A DNA stretch of 32,000 bases from NCBI RefSeq assembly GCF_001465295.1, contig NZ_CP011034.1, positions 180,001-212,000 of the forward strand, in the 5' to 3' direction. This stretch comes from Pseudoalteromonas translucida KMM 520. GTDB lineage: Bacteria > Pseudomonadota > Gammaproteobacteria > Enterobacterales > Alteromonadaceae. Made by a program: the position numbers and the translations under genes. Each line of letters starts with the position of its first letter. Within the stretch, counting starts at the first letter, position 1. Below the pieces are notes generated by a model that did no database searches, was not told the origin of the DNA, and saw only the letters and a list, made by a program, of their open reading frames with translations. Shown here piece after piece: positions 16,069-28,340 of this stretch.

Positions 16069-17310
16069 ATGAGCATGAATATAACGCAATTACGTGAGCA
16101 ATTTCCGGCATTAATGCAAAGCGTTAATGATAAATCCCCCGTGTTTTTAGATGGCCCCGGTGGCTCGCAAGTACCGCAATCGGTACTTAACGCTATGACT
16201 GCTTATTTGGGTTATTACAACTCAAATTTAGGCGGAGCATTTTTCTCAAGCGATAAAACCGTTGAGCTAATGGCAAATGCGCGCCAAGCTGCTGCCGATT
16301 TACTTAATGCACCTAGCTCACAACAAATTGTATTTGGTCCGAATATGACCAGCTTAACGTTTAGCTTTAGCCGTGCAATTTCACGCGGCTGGCAAGCGGG
16401 TGATGAAATTATTGTCACTAACGCGGATCATTTTTCTAACGTTTCGTCGTGGCAGCAAGCAGCTGAAGATAAAGGTGTTAAAGTTAATACTGCGCTTATT
16501 AACGAAGCCGACTGCACACTCAATATGGCGCAGTTCGAGAGTTTGCTAAACAGTAATACTAAGCTGGTAGCGGTAACTTACGCCTCTAATACCACAGGCT
16601 CAATTAACAATATTAAACGTATTGTTGAGCTTGCTCACAACGTAGGTGCGCTAGTATATGTTGACGCCGTACATTATGCACCGCACGAACTTGTAGACGT
16701 ACAAGCACTTAATTGCGACTTTTTAGCCTGCTCTGCGTACAAGTTTTTTGGCCCGCATTTAGGTATGGTTTATGGCAAAAAAGAGCACCTTGAAGGATTT
16801 ACCCCGTACAAAGTTGAGCCAGCTAAAGACGTAGCGCCAGGTCGCTGGGAAACTGGCACGCAAAGCTTTGAAGCCATGGCTGGTTTTATAGCGGCAGTTG
16901 ATTATATTGCAGCAGTTAGCGAGCTTGACGACAGCCATTCGCGTCGTGAAAAGTTAAATGTTGCCTTTGCTAAAACCAAGCAACACGAAATGGCGCTGAG
17001 TGAATACTTTTTAACGCGCTTAGTTAATTACCCGCGTATTAAGCTGTTTGGTATAGATGACTTAGATCGTTTAAATGAGCGTACGCCCACTTTTGCGTTA
17101 ACGTTTGAAGATTTAGAGCCGCGCGCTGTATCTGAATTTTTAGGTAAGCAACATATTTGTGTATGGGATGGCAACTTTTACGCACAAGGTTTGTGTGAGC
17201 AACTCGGCGTACTTGATAAAGGTGGCGTAGTGCGCATTGGTTGCATGCACTACAACACCACCGCAGAGCTTGATCAGTTATTTAATTTGTTTGATGAGCT
17301 ACTAGGTTAA
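16069..17310 (+). CDS. Class-V aminotransferase-fold PLP enzyme, 'cysteine desulfurase-like' but without the SufS-position cysteine
   Basis: 413-aa ORF with the PLP-lysine motif SAYKFFGPHLG, YVDAVHYAPH and NTTGSIN. It starts 3 nt after the dioxygenase stop, consistent with translational coupling. Confidence 0.8.
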   Translation: MSMNITQLREQFPALMQSVNDKSPVFLDGPGGSQVPQSVLNAMTAYLGYYNSNLGGAFFSSDKTVELMANARQAAADLLNAPSSQQIVFGPNMTSLTFSFSRAISRGWQAGDEIIVTNADHFSNVSSWQQAAEDKGVKVNTALINEADCTLNMAQFESLLNSNTKLVAVTYASNTTGSINNIKRIVELAHNVGALVYVDAVHYAPHELVDVQALNCDFLACSAYKFFGPHLGMVYGKKEHLEGFTPYKVEPAKDVAPGRWETGTQSFEAMAGFIAAVDYIAAVSELDDSHSRREKLNVAFAKTKQHEMALSEYFLTRLVNYPRIKLFGIDDLDRLNERTPTFALTFEDLEPRAVSEFLGKQHICVWDGNFYAQGLCEQLGVLDKGGVVRIGCMHYNTTAELDQLFNLFDELLG

Positions 17311-17317
17311 TATACAT

Positions 17318-17347
17318 AAAAAAGGTGCGCTAGCTCTTTGGCGCACC
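17318..17347 (-). terminator. Rho-independent terminator of the P4H-like oxygenase gene (also a weaker stop for the convergent PLP-enzyme gene)
   Basis: The minus strand reads GGTGCGC-caaagagcta-GCGCACC-TTTTTT. The TAG stop of the minus-strand gene sits in the loop. On the plus strand the same stem lies 14 nt after the PLP-enzyme stop but lacks a clean T-tract. Confidence 0.6.
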
Positions 17348-18034
17348 GTATATTTGCTCTGCGCGGTTAAACAATACCCACGAGGTTAAAATATACTTAT
17401 CGTTAGATACTGGTTTATTGCCACGGTGAGTGTGAGTAAAGTAGCCGGGCGCTATTACCATGGTGCCTTTTTTAGGCGCAATTTTACGCTTTTGATAATA
17501 AAACTCCGTTTCCCCACCTTGCTCAACATCGTTTAAATAAAACATAAACAGCAATACTCTATGTAGCGCTTCGTTATGATTTAACTGCGGATAAACTTCG
17601 CTGTGCCAATACGGGTAACCGCCTTTATTTACTTGGTATTTTTGCGCCTGAATATTACCTAGCCTAAAAATTTGCTGCACTAATAAGGGCAGTTGTGGTT
17701 TACCCACTTCATCAAAGTTTGCGTGTGTTAAGTCAACAGGTTCGCCGCTTTTAGGGTGATATACTTTTAGTCCAAAGGCACCAATCATAATAAAAATATG
17801 TTCTTCAATGTATTTAAAAACATACTGTGCAGTGGTTTGTTGAATGTGTTTTAATTGCTCAACGTATTCCGGATGATTGTTTAAGTGTAAGTCGTGGCTA
17901 TCTTTTTTATTTAAATCGATACCGCCAGATGTCATCCCTTGTTTTATATGCGGGCTTTGAGAAAAGGTAGTGATAAAGTTATCACAAAAGTCATTGCTGA
18001 GCGCGTTATCGTATACGCGAATAAAGTCCGTCAT
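17330..18034 (-). CDS. 2OG-Fe(II) oxygenase superfamily protein, prolyl-4-hydroxylase-like
   Basis: 234-aa ORF with the P4H-like signature RVLLFMFYLNDVEQGGETEF...PKKGTMVIAP....THTHRGNKPV...KYILTSW. The first metal-ligand motif reads WHSE (apparent HxE). Confidence 0.65.
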   Translation of the reverse strand: MTDFIRVYDNALSNDFCDNFITTFSQSPHIKQGMTSGGIDLNKKDSHDLHLNNHPEYVEQLKHIQQTTAQYVFKYIEEHIFIMIGAFGLKVYHPKSGEPVDLTHANFDEVGKPQLPLLVQQIFRLGNIQAQKYQVNKGGYPYWHSEVYPQLNHNEALHRVLLFMFYLNDVEQGGETEFYYQKRKIAPKKGTMVIAPGYFTHTHRGNKPVSNDKYILTSWVLFNRAEQIYGAPKS

Positions 18035-18067
18035 AGTTTACCTTTATATAATTATTATTGGATTATT

Positions 18068-18466
18068 ATGTTTATTGAAAAAGTGATGCCGCGCTTTAGT
18101 GAAACAGATGCGCTAGGACATATTAACAATACCGTACTCCCTGTATGGTTTGAAGCTTCGCGTGCGCCTATTTTTAGGTTTTTTACCCCAGATTTAAACC
18201 CACATGACTGGAAGCTAATTATTGCTAAAGTTGAAGTGTCGTTTGTTGGCGAGTTATTTTATGGACATGAAGTAACCATTAAAACCTCAGTAGAGCATGT
18301 AGGTACCAGCTCGTTTGTATTGCGCCAAGAAGCCCACCAACAAGGTAAGTGTTGTGCAGTTGGTAAAACGGTATTGGTACGTTACGATTTTGCAGCGAAA
18401 GCAAAGCAATCGCTTTCAGTATCTGAAAAAACGTCACTTAATGCGCATTTAGCCCTAACTAGTTAG
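18068..18466 (+). CDS. Acyl-CoA thioesterase, 4HBT/YbgC-like hotdog fold
   Basis: From ATG 18068 the product is 132 aa and begins MFIEKVMPRFSETDALGHINNTVLPVWFE, the typical D-x-x-G-H-V/I-N-N catalytic N-terminus. The longer ORF from 17939 would overlap the divergent oxygenase gene by 96 nt, so I rejected it. Confidence 0.75.
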   Translation: MFIEKVMPRFSETDALGHINNTVLPVWFEASRAPIFRFFTPDLNPHDWKLIIAKVEVSFVGELFYGHEVTIKTSVEHVGTSSFVLRQEAHQQGKCCAVGKTVLVRYDFAAKAKQSLSVSEKTSLNAHLALTS

Positions 18467-18478
18467 TTTGGTAAATGT

Positions 18479-19984
18479 TTACAGCGGTATTGAGCCATTA
18501 TAGTTTTGAATATACTGGCTCAGCGCCGTTATTTGCTCAGCATTAAAACGTAAACCTAACTTACTACGACGCCACAATACATCCTCGGCGCAGCGAGCCC
18601 ACTCGCTATTAACTAAATAATTTACTTCAGTGGCGTATAAACCATGTCCAAAATGCTGGCCTAAATCAGCTACGCTTTGGGCATCTGTAAGTAGGGTATA
18701 AGTGCCTGTACCATAACTGCGTATAAAACGATTTAAAATAAACTCAGGCAACCATGCATACTTTGCCTGCAGTTGTTGCTTTAATACTACCTTTGATGAA
18801 AAGTCGCCGCCGGGTAGTGGAGTGTTTTTCGTCCATGCTTGGCCCATATGCGGATAAAAACTGGCGAGTTCGTTTACTGCGTTTTCAGCGAGCTTGCGAT
18901 AAGTGGTAATTTTCCCACCAAATACACTTAGCAGTGGTGCTTGGTTATTATTACTCGATAATATCAATTTGTAGTCGCGAGTAACGGCTTGTGCGTCGCA
19001 TGAGTTATCATCTAGTAAGGGGCGTACACCACTAAAGGTATGCACTATGTCGTTATGAGTAAGTTGTTTTTTAAAGTAATTATTAGTAATGCTAATTAAG
19101 TAATCGACTTCTTCATCGCTAATTTTTACATCTGCTATATTGCCGCTGTATTCTTCATCTGTAGTGCCAATCAGTGAATAGTCATCTTCAAATGGGGTAA
19201 CAAAAATAATACGCTGATCTTTATTTTGTAAAATATAGGCCTGCGGCTCAGTGTGAATACGCGGCACAATAATATGGCTGCCTTTAACTAAGCGAATATT
19301 ATGTGGCGACGGCTCAGTAATTACCTCATCAAAAAGCGATGCAACCCAAGGGCCCGCTGCATTTACAACGCCTTTAGCAACTATAGAGCATTGCTTTTTG
19401 CTGTCTTGTTGCTCTAAGGTCACACTCCAATTATTATTACTGCGGACTGCTTTAATACAGCGCGTGCGGCTTAAAATGGTTGCCCCTTTTTGCTGTGCTG
19501 CCAACGCATTTAAAATAACTAACCTCGAATCATCAACCCAGCCATCAGCGTATTCAAAACCGCGGGTAATAGTCTTGTTCAATATACTAGCGCAGGTAAA
19601 TTTAATTGATTTTGATGCGGGTAAAGTAATGCGTTTGGCAAGATGGTCGTATATAAACAACCCAATTCTAATCATCCAGTAAGGGCGTAAATGTGCTTGA
19701 TGTGGCAGCCTAAAAGATAGCGGCCACATAATATGTGGGGCATTTTTTAATAACACTTCGCGCTCTTTAAGTGCCTCTTTTACTAGCCTAAATTGGTAAT
19801 GCTCTAAATAGCGTAGCCCACCATGAATAAGTTTACTGCTACTTGATGAGGTAGCAGAGGCTAAATCATTTTGCTCACACAGTAATACTTTTAAGCCTCT
19901 ACCGGCGGCGTCAGCCGCAATACCAGTGCCATTAACGCCACCGCCAATAACCAGTAAGTCATATTCATTATCGAGTAATTTCAC
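18479..19984 (-). CDS. glpD: Aerobic glycerol-3-phosphate dehydrogenase
   Basis: From GTG 19984 (AAGAGG SD 6 nt upstream) the product is 501 aa, the same as E. coli GlpD. It begins (M)KLLDNEYDLLVIGGGVNGTGIAADAAGRGLKVLLCEQNDLASATSSSSSKLIHGGLRYLE and is collinear with E. coli GlpD throughout. Confidence 0.93.
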   Translation of the reverse strand: MKLLDNEYDLLVIGGGVNGTGIAADAAGRGLKVLLCEQNDLASATSSSSSKLIHGGLRYLEHYQFRLVKEALKEREVLLKNAPHIMWPLSFRLPHQAHLRPYWMIRIGLFIYDHLAKRITLPASKSIKFTCASILNKTITRGFEYADGWVDDSRLVILNALAAQQKGATILSRTRCIKAVRSNNNWSVTLEQQDSKKQCSIVAKGVVNAAGPWVASLFDEVITEPSPHNIRLVKGSHIIVPRIHTEPQAYILQNKDQRIIFVTPFEDDYSLIGTTDEEYSGNIADVKISDEEVDYLISITNNYFKKQLTHNDIVHTFSGVRPLLDDNSCDAQAVTRDYKLILSSNNNQAPLLSVFGGKITTYRKLAENAVNELASFYPHMGQAWTKNTPLPGGDFSSKVVLKQQLQAKYAWLPEFILNRFIRSYGTGTYTLLTDAQSVADLGQHFGHGLYATEVNYLVNSEWARCAEDVLWRRSKLGLRFNAEQITALSQYIQNYNGSIPL

Positions 19985-20042
19985 TGAATACCTCTTTATT
20001 AATTTAAGCGATGGCATATCAATAGCCAATAACACTATCGCA

Positions 20043-21548
20043 TTAGCAGTCGTCTTTTGTCGCGTTATTTGAAAGCGTGACCTGTGCTATACAGTGCTGC
20101 CATTTTGCGTATAAATCGTTACGTTCATCTATGTTCATGGTTGGTTCAAAACGACGGTCGCATTGCCACATAGTAGCTAATTGCTCCGTTGACTGATAAA
20201 CCCCAGTTTGCAGCCCTGCTAAATAGGCAACTCCCAGAGAGGTTGTTTCTGTTAGCGCTGGGCGCTCCACACTGGCACCTAAAATATTAGCTAAAAACTG
20301 CATGGCCCAATTGTTTTTTGCCATGCCACCGTCCACGCGCAAAATACTTGGACGCAGGCCATCACCTTCCATGGCTTTTTGTAAATCTTTGGTTTGATAG
20401 CCAACAGACTGCAGCGCCGCTGCTACTATAGTGCTAATGCCCGAATCACGGGTTAAACCTAAAATAGCACCACGGGCATTGGCATCCCAGTATGGGGCGC
20501 CTAAACCGGTAAACGAAGGCACTAAAAATACGCCGTGATCCAGTGGCACGTCCTTAACCATAGCCTCGCTGTCGCCGGCATGTTCAAGTAGCTTTAAGCC
20601 CTCAACAATCCATTGCATAGTGGCACCCGCCATAAAAATACTGCCCTCTATAGCGTAGGTCACTCTACCATTGAGCCTGTAAGCCACAGTAGTTAATAAG
20701 CGGTTATTAGAGGTGAGGGCTTTATCGCCCGTATTAAGCATTAAAAAACAGCCCGTTCCGTAGGTGCTTTTAGCCATGCCTTCTTTAAAGCAAGCTTGGC
20801 CGATTAATGCGGCTTGCTGATCCCCCGCCATGGCGCAAATTTTAATCGGTGCACCAAAAAGTTCACTGCTGGTACTGCCAAACTCGGCTGCGCTGTCCAT
20901 CACTTCTGGAAGCATAGAGTGTGGAATATTAAACTGCGTTAGTAACTCTTCATCCCAACATTGCTGATGTATATTAAATAATAGTGTACGTGAGGCGTTG
21001 GTGGCATCAGTACGGTGCACTTTACCAGCAGTTAAATGCCACAGTAAATAACTGTCAACCGTACCAAATGCTAGCTCACCGGCTTGCGCTTGTTGCTGTG
21101 CACCGGCAACATTATCTAAAATCCAGCGAATTTTAGTGGCTGAAAAGTACGGATCTAATAATAGTCCTGTTTTATCGCTAATTTTTTTACTTAGTTTATT
21201 GCTACGTATTTGCTCGCAATACTCGCTGGTACGGCGATCTTGCCACACAATGGCATTATAAATTGGTTGGCCAGTCTTTTTATTCCATACTAAAGTGGTT
21301 TCGCGCTGATTAGTGATACCAATGGCAATGACCTGCTCGGCTGTAACCTGGTTATTAGCCAGTACTGTTTTACAGGTACTTAGTACGGTTTGTAAAATAT
21401 CGTTAGGGTCGTGCTCAACCCAGCCATTATTGGGAAAGTGCTGCGGGAATGTTTGCTGAGCAGTATCAACTACCTTGGCATCTTTGGTAAATAAAATAGC
21501 CCGAGAGCTGGTAGTTCCTTGATCAATCGAGAGTATGTATTTAGACAT
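20043..21548 (-). CDS. glpK: Glycerol kinase
   Basis: 501-aa [62 protein letters not shown] and YGTGCF match FGGY-family glycerol kinase along the full length. Confidence 0.96.
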   Translation of the reverse strand: MSKYILSIDQGTTSSRAILFTKDAKVVDTAQQTFPQHFPNNGWVEHDPNDILQTVLSTCKTVLANNQVTAEQVIAIGITNQRETTLVWNKKTGQPIYNAIVWQDRRTSEYCEQIRSNKLSKKISDKTGLLLDPYFSATKIRWILDNVAGAQQQAQAGELAFGTVDSYLLWHLTAGKVHRTDATNASRTLLFNIHQQCWDEELLTQFNIPHSMLPEVMDSAAEFGSTSSELFGAPIKICAMAGDQQAALIGQACFKEGMAKSTYGTGCFLMLNTGDKALTSNNRLLTTVAYRLNGRVTYAIEGSIFMAGATMQWIVEGLKLLEHAGDSEAMVKDVPLDHGVFLVPSFTGLGAPYWDANARGAILGLTRDSGISTIVAAALQSVGYQTKDLQKAMEGDGLRPSILRVDGGMAKNNWAMQFLANILGASVERPALTETTSLGVAYLAGLQTGVYQSTEQLATMWQCDRRFEPTMNIDERNDLYAKWQHCIAQVTLSNNATKDDC

Positions 21549-21698
21549 AAGCTTAACGTTATTTATCTTAGATACAGATAGCTTGTCTGCAAGTTAAATT
21601 AATAGCAATGCTTTTTAAATATTTGGAAGGGCTGTTATAGCTATACCGTTGCAATTTATACCAAGGGTAGGTGGCAGCGTATATTGAGGGAAAGGTTA

Positions 21699-21724
21699 AA
21701 GAGCTCATAAGTCAGAGAGCTCTT
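21699..21724 (-). terminator. Hairpin downstream of ydcH (weak terminator candidate)
   Basis: AAGAGCTC-10 nt-GAGCTCTT, a perfect 8-bp stem 25 nt after the ydcH stop. On the minus strand it is followed only by TTAACCTTT, with no clean U-tract. Confidence 0.3.
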
Positions 21725-21748
21725 AAATACAATGGCTATAAATTGCGC

Positions 21749-21991
21749 TTAGCTGGCTTTTAACAATTGTTGATGTAACCAATCCTTCAATACCACACGG
21801 TCATGTTTTAATTGCAGCATTGCTTCGTCATCAATAGGCGCGTCTTGCAGCTCTAAGGTACGAATTTCTTTATCAAGCGCATTATATTTTTTGGCTTTAT
21901 CTGCAAACTCTGGATCATTGCTATTGAGTTTTTTAATGGTACTTAAGTGCTCAGGAAAGTCTTGAGTTAATGAATGATCTTCGCCTAACAT
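21749..21991 (-). CDS. ydcH: YdcH/DUF465-family small protein
   Basis: 80-aa ORF with the characteristic ...L...D..F......Y..LD.EI..LE..........L..LK..R..LKD.. coiled pattern of DUF465. Confidence 0.75.
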   Translation of the reverse strand: MLGEDHSLTQDFPEHLSTIKKLNSNDPEFADKAKKYNALDKEIRTLELQDAPIDDEAMLQLKHDRVVLKDWLHQQLLKAS

Positions 21992-22262
21992 AGGTACTCC
22001 TTAACGGTGCGTGTAATAAATGTGTTTTAAAAATAACACGCTTAGGGTTTAGTTAAATTCAGATTGCATGGGTATTTATGTACGCCATAATATTAGAGCT
22101 GGGGGTTGCTTGAGTATAAATCAATATAGAGCCGTTATTAATTATTATTACGGAAATACTTATATATCACTATACAAAGCACTGACACTCAAAGATGCTT
22201 AAGTTAGAATACAAAATGCAACAACTCCTCGCAAACAATAACTACTTTGAGTGCTTTATTAC

Positions 22263-22844
22263 ATGCTTTTAATGATCGACAATTACGACTCGTTTACCTA
22301 TAACTTGGTACAGTACTTTCAGCGTTTAGATCAAGAGGTGCTGGTTAAACGCAACGACCAAATAACGCTTAGCCAAATTAAGCAGTTAAACCCACAACAC
22401 ATTGTAATATCACCTGGTCCTAAAAGCCCAAGCGAAGCGGGTATTTCATTAAGTATTGTTGAGCAATTAAAAGGGCAGTATCCTATTTTAGGAATTTGCT
22501 TAGGGCATCAAACTATTGCGCAAGCTTTAGGAGCCAAGGTCGTGCGTGCTAAAAAAGTAATGCACGGTAAAACATCGCCAATTTACCATAGCGATCAAGG
22601 AGTATTTAAAGGCTTAGCTAAGCCTTTAACGGTATGTCGGTATCATTCTTTAATTGTTGAGGCGCAGTCGCTGCCTAAAGAGTTGCAAGTAACAGCCTGG
22701 ACCCAAACCCAGCAAGGTGAGTTTGACGAAATTATGGGATTATTACATACAGACTTGGCACTTGAAGGTGTACAATTTCATCCGGAAGCTATTTTAACTG
22801 AGCAAGGTTTAGCGTTACTTGATAACTTTTTAACTCGCTTCTAA
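22263..22844 (+). CDS. pabA: Aminodeoxychorismate/anthranilate synthase glutamine amidotransferase component II
   Basis: From ATG 22263 the product begins [19 protein letters not shown] (E. coli Pab[20 protein letters not shown]). It has the triad Cys in GICLGHQ and HPE near the C-terminus. The pabA call over trpG rests on its monocistronic context near argD/astC, as in E. coli. Confidence 0.85.
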   Translation: MLLMIDNYDSFTYNLVQYFQRLDQEVLVKRNDQITLSQIKQLNPQHIVISPGPKSPSEAGISLSIVEQLKGQYPILGICLGHQTIAQALGAKVVRAKKVMHGKTSPIYHSDQGVFKGLAKPLTVCRYHSLIVEAQSLPKELQVTAWTQTQQGEFDEIMGLLHTDLALEGVQFHPEAILTEQGLALLDNFLTRF

Positions 22845-22889
22845 GCTTATAGTATTAAGTAAATATCATTACATTAAAGACAGAGAGCC

Positions 22890-24050
22890 ATGACCGAAAT
22901 AGTGCAGCAACCGCGTATTGTTAAAATGCTTAATCAACGAGCACATGATTTGCTGCTTGGTCATAACTTTGCTCATCAACAAATTGGCTTTATTCATACG
23001 CTAGAAATGGACTATGGCGAACCACTAAAGCAACGCACATTACTTGAAGTAGAGGTTGCCGCTCAGCAAAAGCGCAAGCTAAAAAGTACCGCGCATCATA
23101 AATACCGTGCAGCAGCGAGCGAGCAACTACATAAAGCAATAGAAAAAATGATGTCTGAGCAGCTTAGCGATATAGACAGTGTTATTCAAAACACCATAGG
23201 TGTAGAGGATAACGTATGTGCCATGTTAGATATTTTAGCCACAAAAAGCGCATCGGTTGGGCGTTTAGAGCCCTTAATTAACGACCTAAGCTGGCTTGGC
23301 AGAGAGTTAGTTACTTTAGTTAACTTGCCTTATTATCGTAATCAGCGCAGCAAAAATACCGCTGTGAAAGTAGATAGCCCTGCTTTAGCGCTGCGTTATA
23401 TTGGCCTAGATAACTTACAGCTAGTAGTGCCAACTTTTGCAGTGCGCCATTGGATGCCTTATAGCACAGAGCCTTTTTCGTTACTAAAAAGGCGCTTAAA
23501 AGAAAGCGCCATGGCGAATGCTATTGCGGCACAAAAAATTGCTGAAGTTAACGAAGTTAACCCAAGCCATGCCTTTACTTTAGGAATGTTATTAAACGTG
23601 GGGCAAATAGCCTTAGTGCGTTTATATTTAAAAGTGTTTGAGCAAATTTGGCAGCGAAAAGTGCAGTTTGCTCGCACCACAGCTAATAAAGACTTACATA
23701 CTGCATTGCTGGAGCTAAAACCAGACCCTTTATTTTTAACCACCTTACTGAGCGAACAGTCGTTGGCTATTAGCGCTAAAATAATTGAAAAAATGGCCTT
23801 TAAGTATTTGCCGTTTAATAGCGTAATGCAGCAGCTTGTTAATGGGGTAGAAAAAGGCGATACAGCGCTGCCTTTAACGCAGGTAATGTTAAAAGCACGA
23901 TGTTACTCTCAGTACTTAACGCTAAAGCAGCATCAGCTAGTTGAACCGGATGAAACGCTTAGTTGGTTTTCGTACTTTAAGTTCACCAAAAAAGAGCTAA
24001 AAGCACTCCAAGCAAGCAATTTTAATAATCTTGCTATTCAAATTGATTAA
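22890..24050 (+). CDS. Hypothetical protein with an HDOD-like (degenerate HD) domain
   Basis: 386-aa ORF. The central region (LINDLSWLGRELVTLVNLPYY......SPALALRYIGLDNLQLVV....ESAMANAIAAQKIA...NPSHAFTLGMLLNVGQIAL) follows the HDOD helix pattern, but GMLLNVG stands where GLLHDIG is usual. This is a low-confidence family call from pattern memory. Confidence 0.4.
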   Translation: MTEIVQQPRIVKMLNQRAHDLLLGHNFAHQQIGFIHTLEMDYGEPLKQRTLLEVEVAAQQKRKLKSTAHHKYRAAASEQLHKAIEKMMSEQLSDIDSVIQNTIGVEDNVCAMLDILATKSASVGRLEPLINDLSWLGRELVTLVNLPYYRNQRSKNTAVKVDSPALALRYIGLDNLQLVVPTFAVRHWMPYSTEPFSLLKRRLKESAMANAIAAQKIAEVNEVNPSHAFTLGMLLNVGQIALVRLYLKVFEQIWQRKVQFARTTANKDLHTALLELKPDPLFLTTLLSEQSLAISAKIIEKMAFKYLPFNSVMQQLVNGVEKGDTALPLTQVMLKARCYSQYLTLKQHQLVEPDETLSWFSYFKFTKKELKALQASNFNNLAIQID

Positions 24051-24394
24051 ATTTGTTAATTTTTTTGCGACTATCCATTCACTTTTTATTATCTCTTTTC
24101 AATACATTTCCCCGTTTAAAGTTAGGCGCGCTCGTTGTTCAGGCGCTTTATTGGCTAAAAACGAGCTGCGTAAAGCAAGCAAATAGTTATTCACTATCTA
24201 TGAAATTATATCTCAAGCCCTTTATTATCAAGGGTTACATGAAAGTTTTTGAAGAGACATAATCAATGTTTTCTGAAATAATAAGCGTCTGAAAATTGAA
24301 CCACACAGCCCTTTTTATGCAAATATCGCTATACTGAGTTTGCTAAAAAACACATATGCTACAGGTTACCACACAGCTATTTACGGCTTTGTGA

Positions 24395-25624
<1,230 letters not shown>

Positions 25625-25645
25625 TAGCCAAACAATATCTATTAA

Positions 25646-25664
25646 GGGCAAACTTAGTTTGCCC
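25646..25664 (+). terminator. Intercistronic hairpin between astC and astA (possible partial terminator/attenuator)
   Basis: GGGCAAAC-tta-GTTTGCCC, a perfect 8-bp stem 22 nt after the astC stop, followed by TCTAATTTTAATTT. Confidence 0.45.
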
Positions 25665-25709
25665 TCTAATTTTAATTTACCGTTATATTATAAGGGAGTA
25701 AGCGGGTTT

Positions 25710-28212
<2,503 letters not shown>

Positions 28213-28232
28213 AATTACTACTAAATAATTAT

Positions 28233-28257
28233 AAAAGCAGCTTCGGCTGCTTTTTTT
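28233..28257 (+). terminator. Rho-independent terminator of the ast operon
   Basis: AAAA-GCAGC-ttcg-GCTGC-TTTTTTT, 21 nt after the astD stop. Confidence 0.9.
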
Positions 28258-28340
28258 GTATTAGCTATGTCACTAAGCTAGTAATTATTACTGCTTTCTG
28301 CTTAAATTACTGAATTAATTATTTTTAAGGTATACGTATA

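Noticed and set aside
18455-18466. Perfect 12-bp palindrome CTAACTAGTTAG at the thioesterase stop codon, between convergent thioesterase and glpD.
   Set aside because: It is too short and AT-rich to act as a terminator, has no T-tract, and is expected by chance at this size. It was noted only because the convergent pair (12-nt gap) has no obvious terminator.
24053-24262. 69-aa ORF in the HDOD-astC intergenic region.
   Set aside because: It starts with TTG only 2 nt after the upstream stop and has no SD. The peptide is hydrophobic and low-complexity, from AT-rich DNA, with no motif. It is more likely non-coding promoter/leader DNA. A small membrane peptide cannot be formally excluded.
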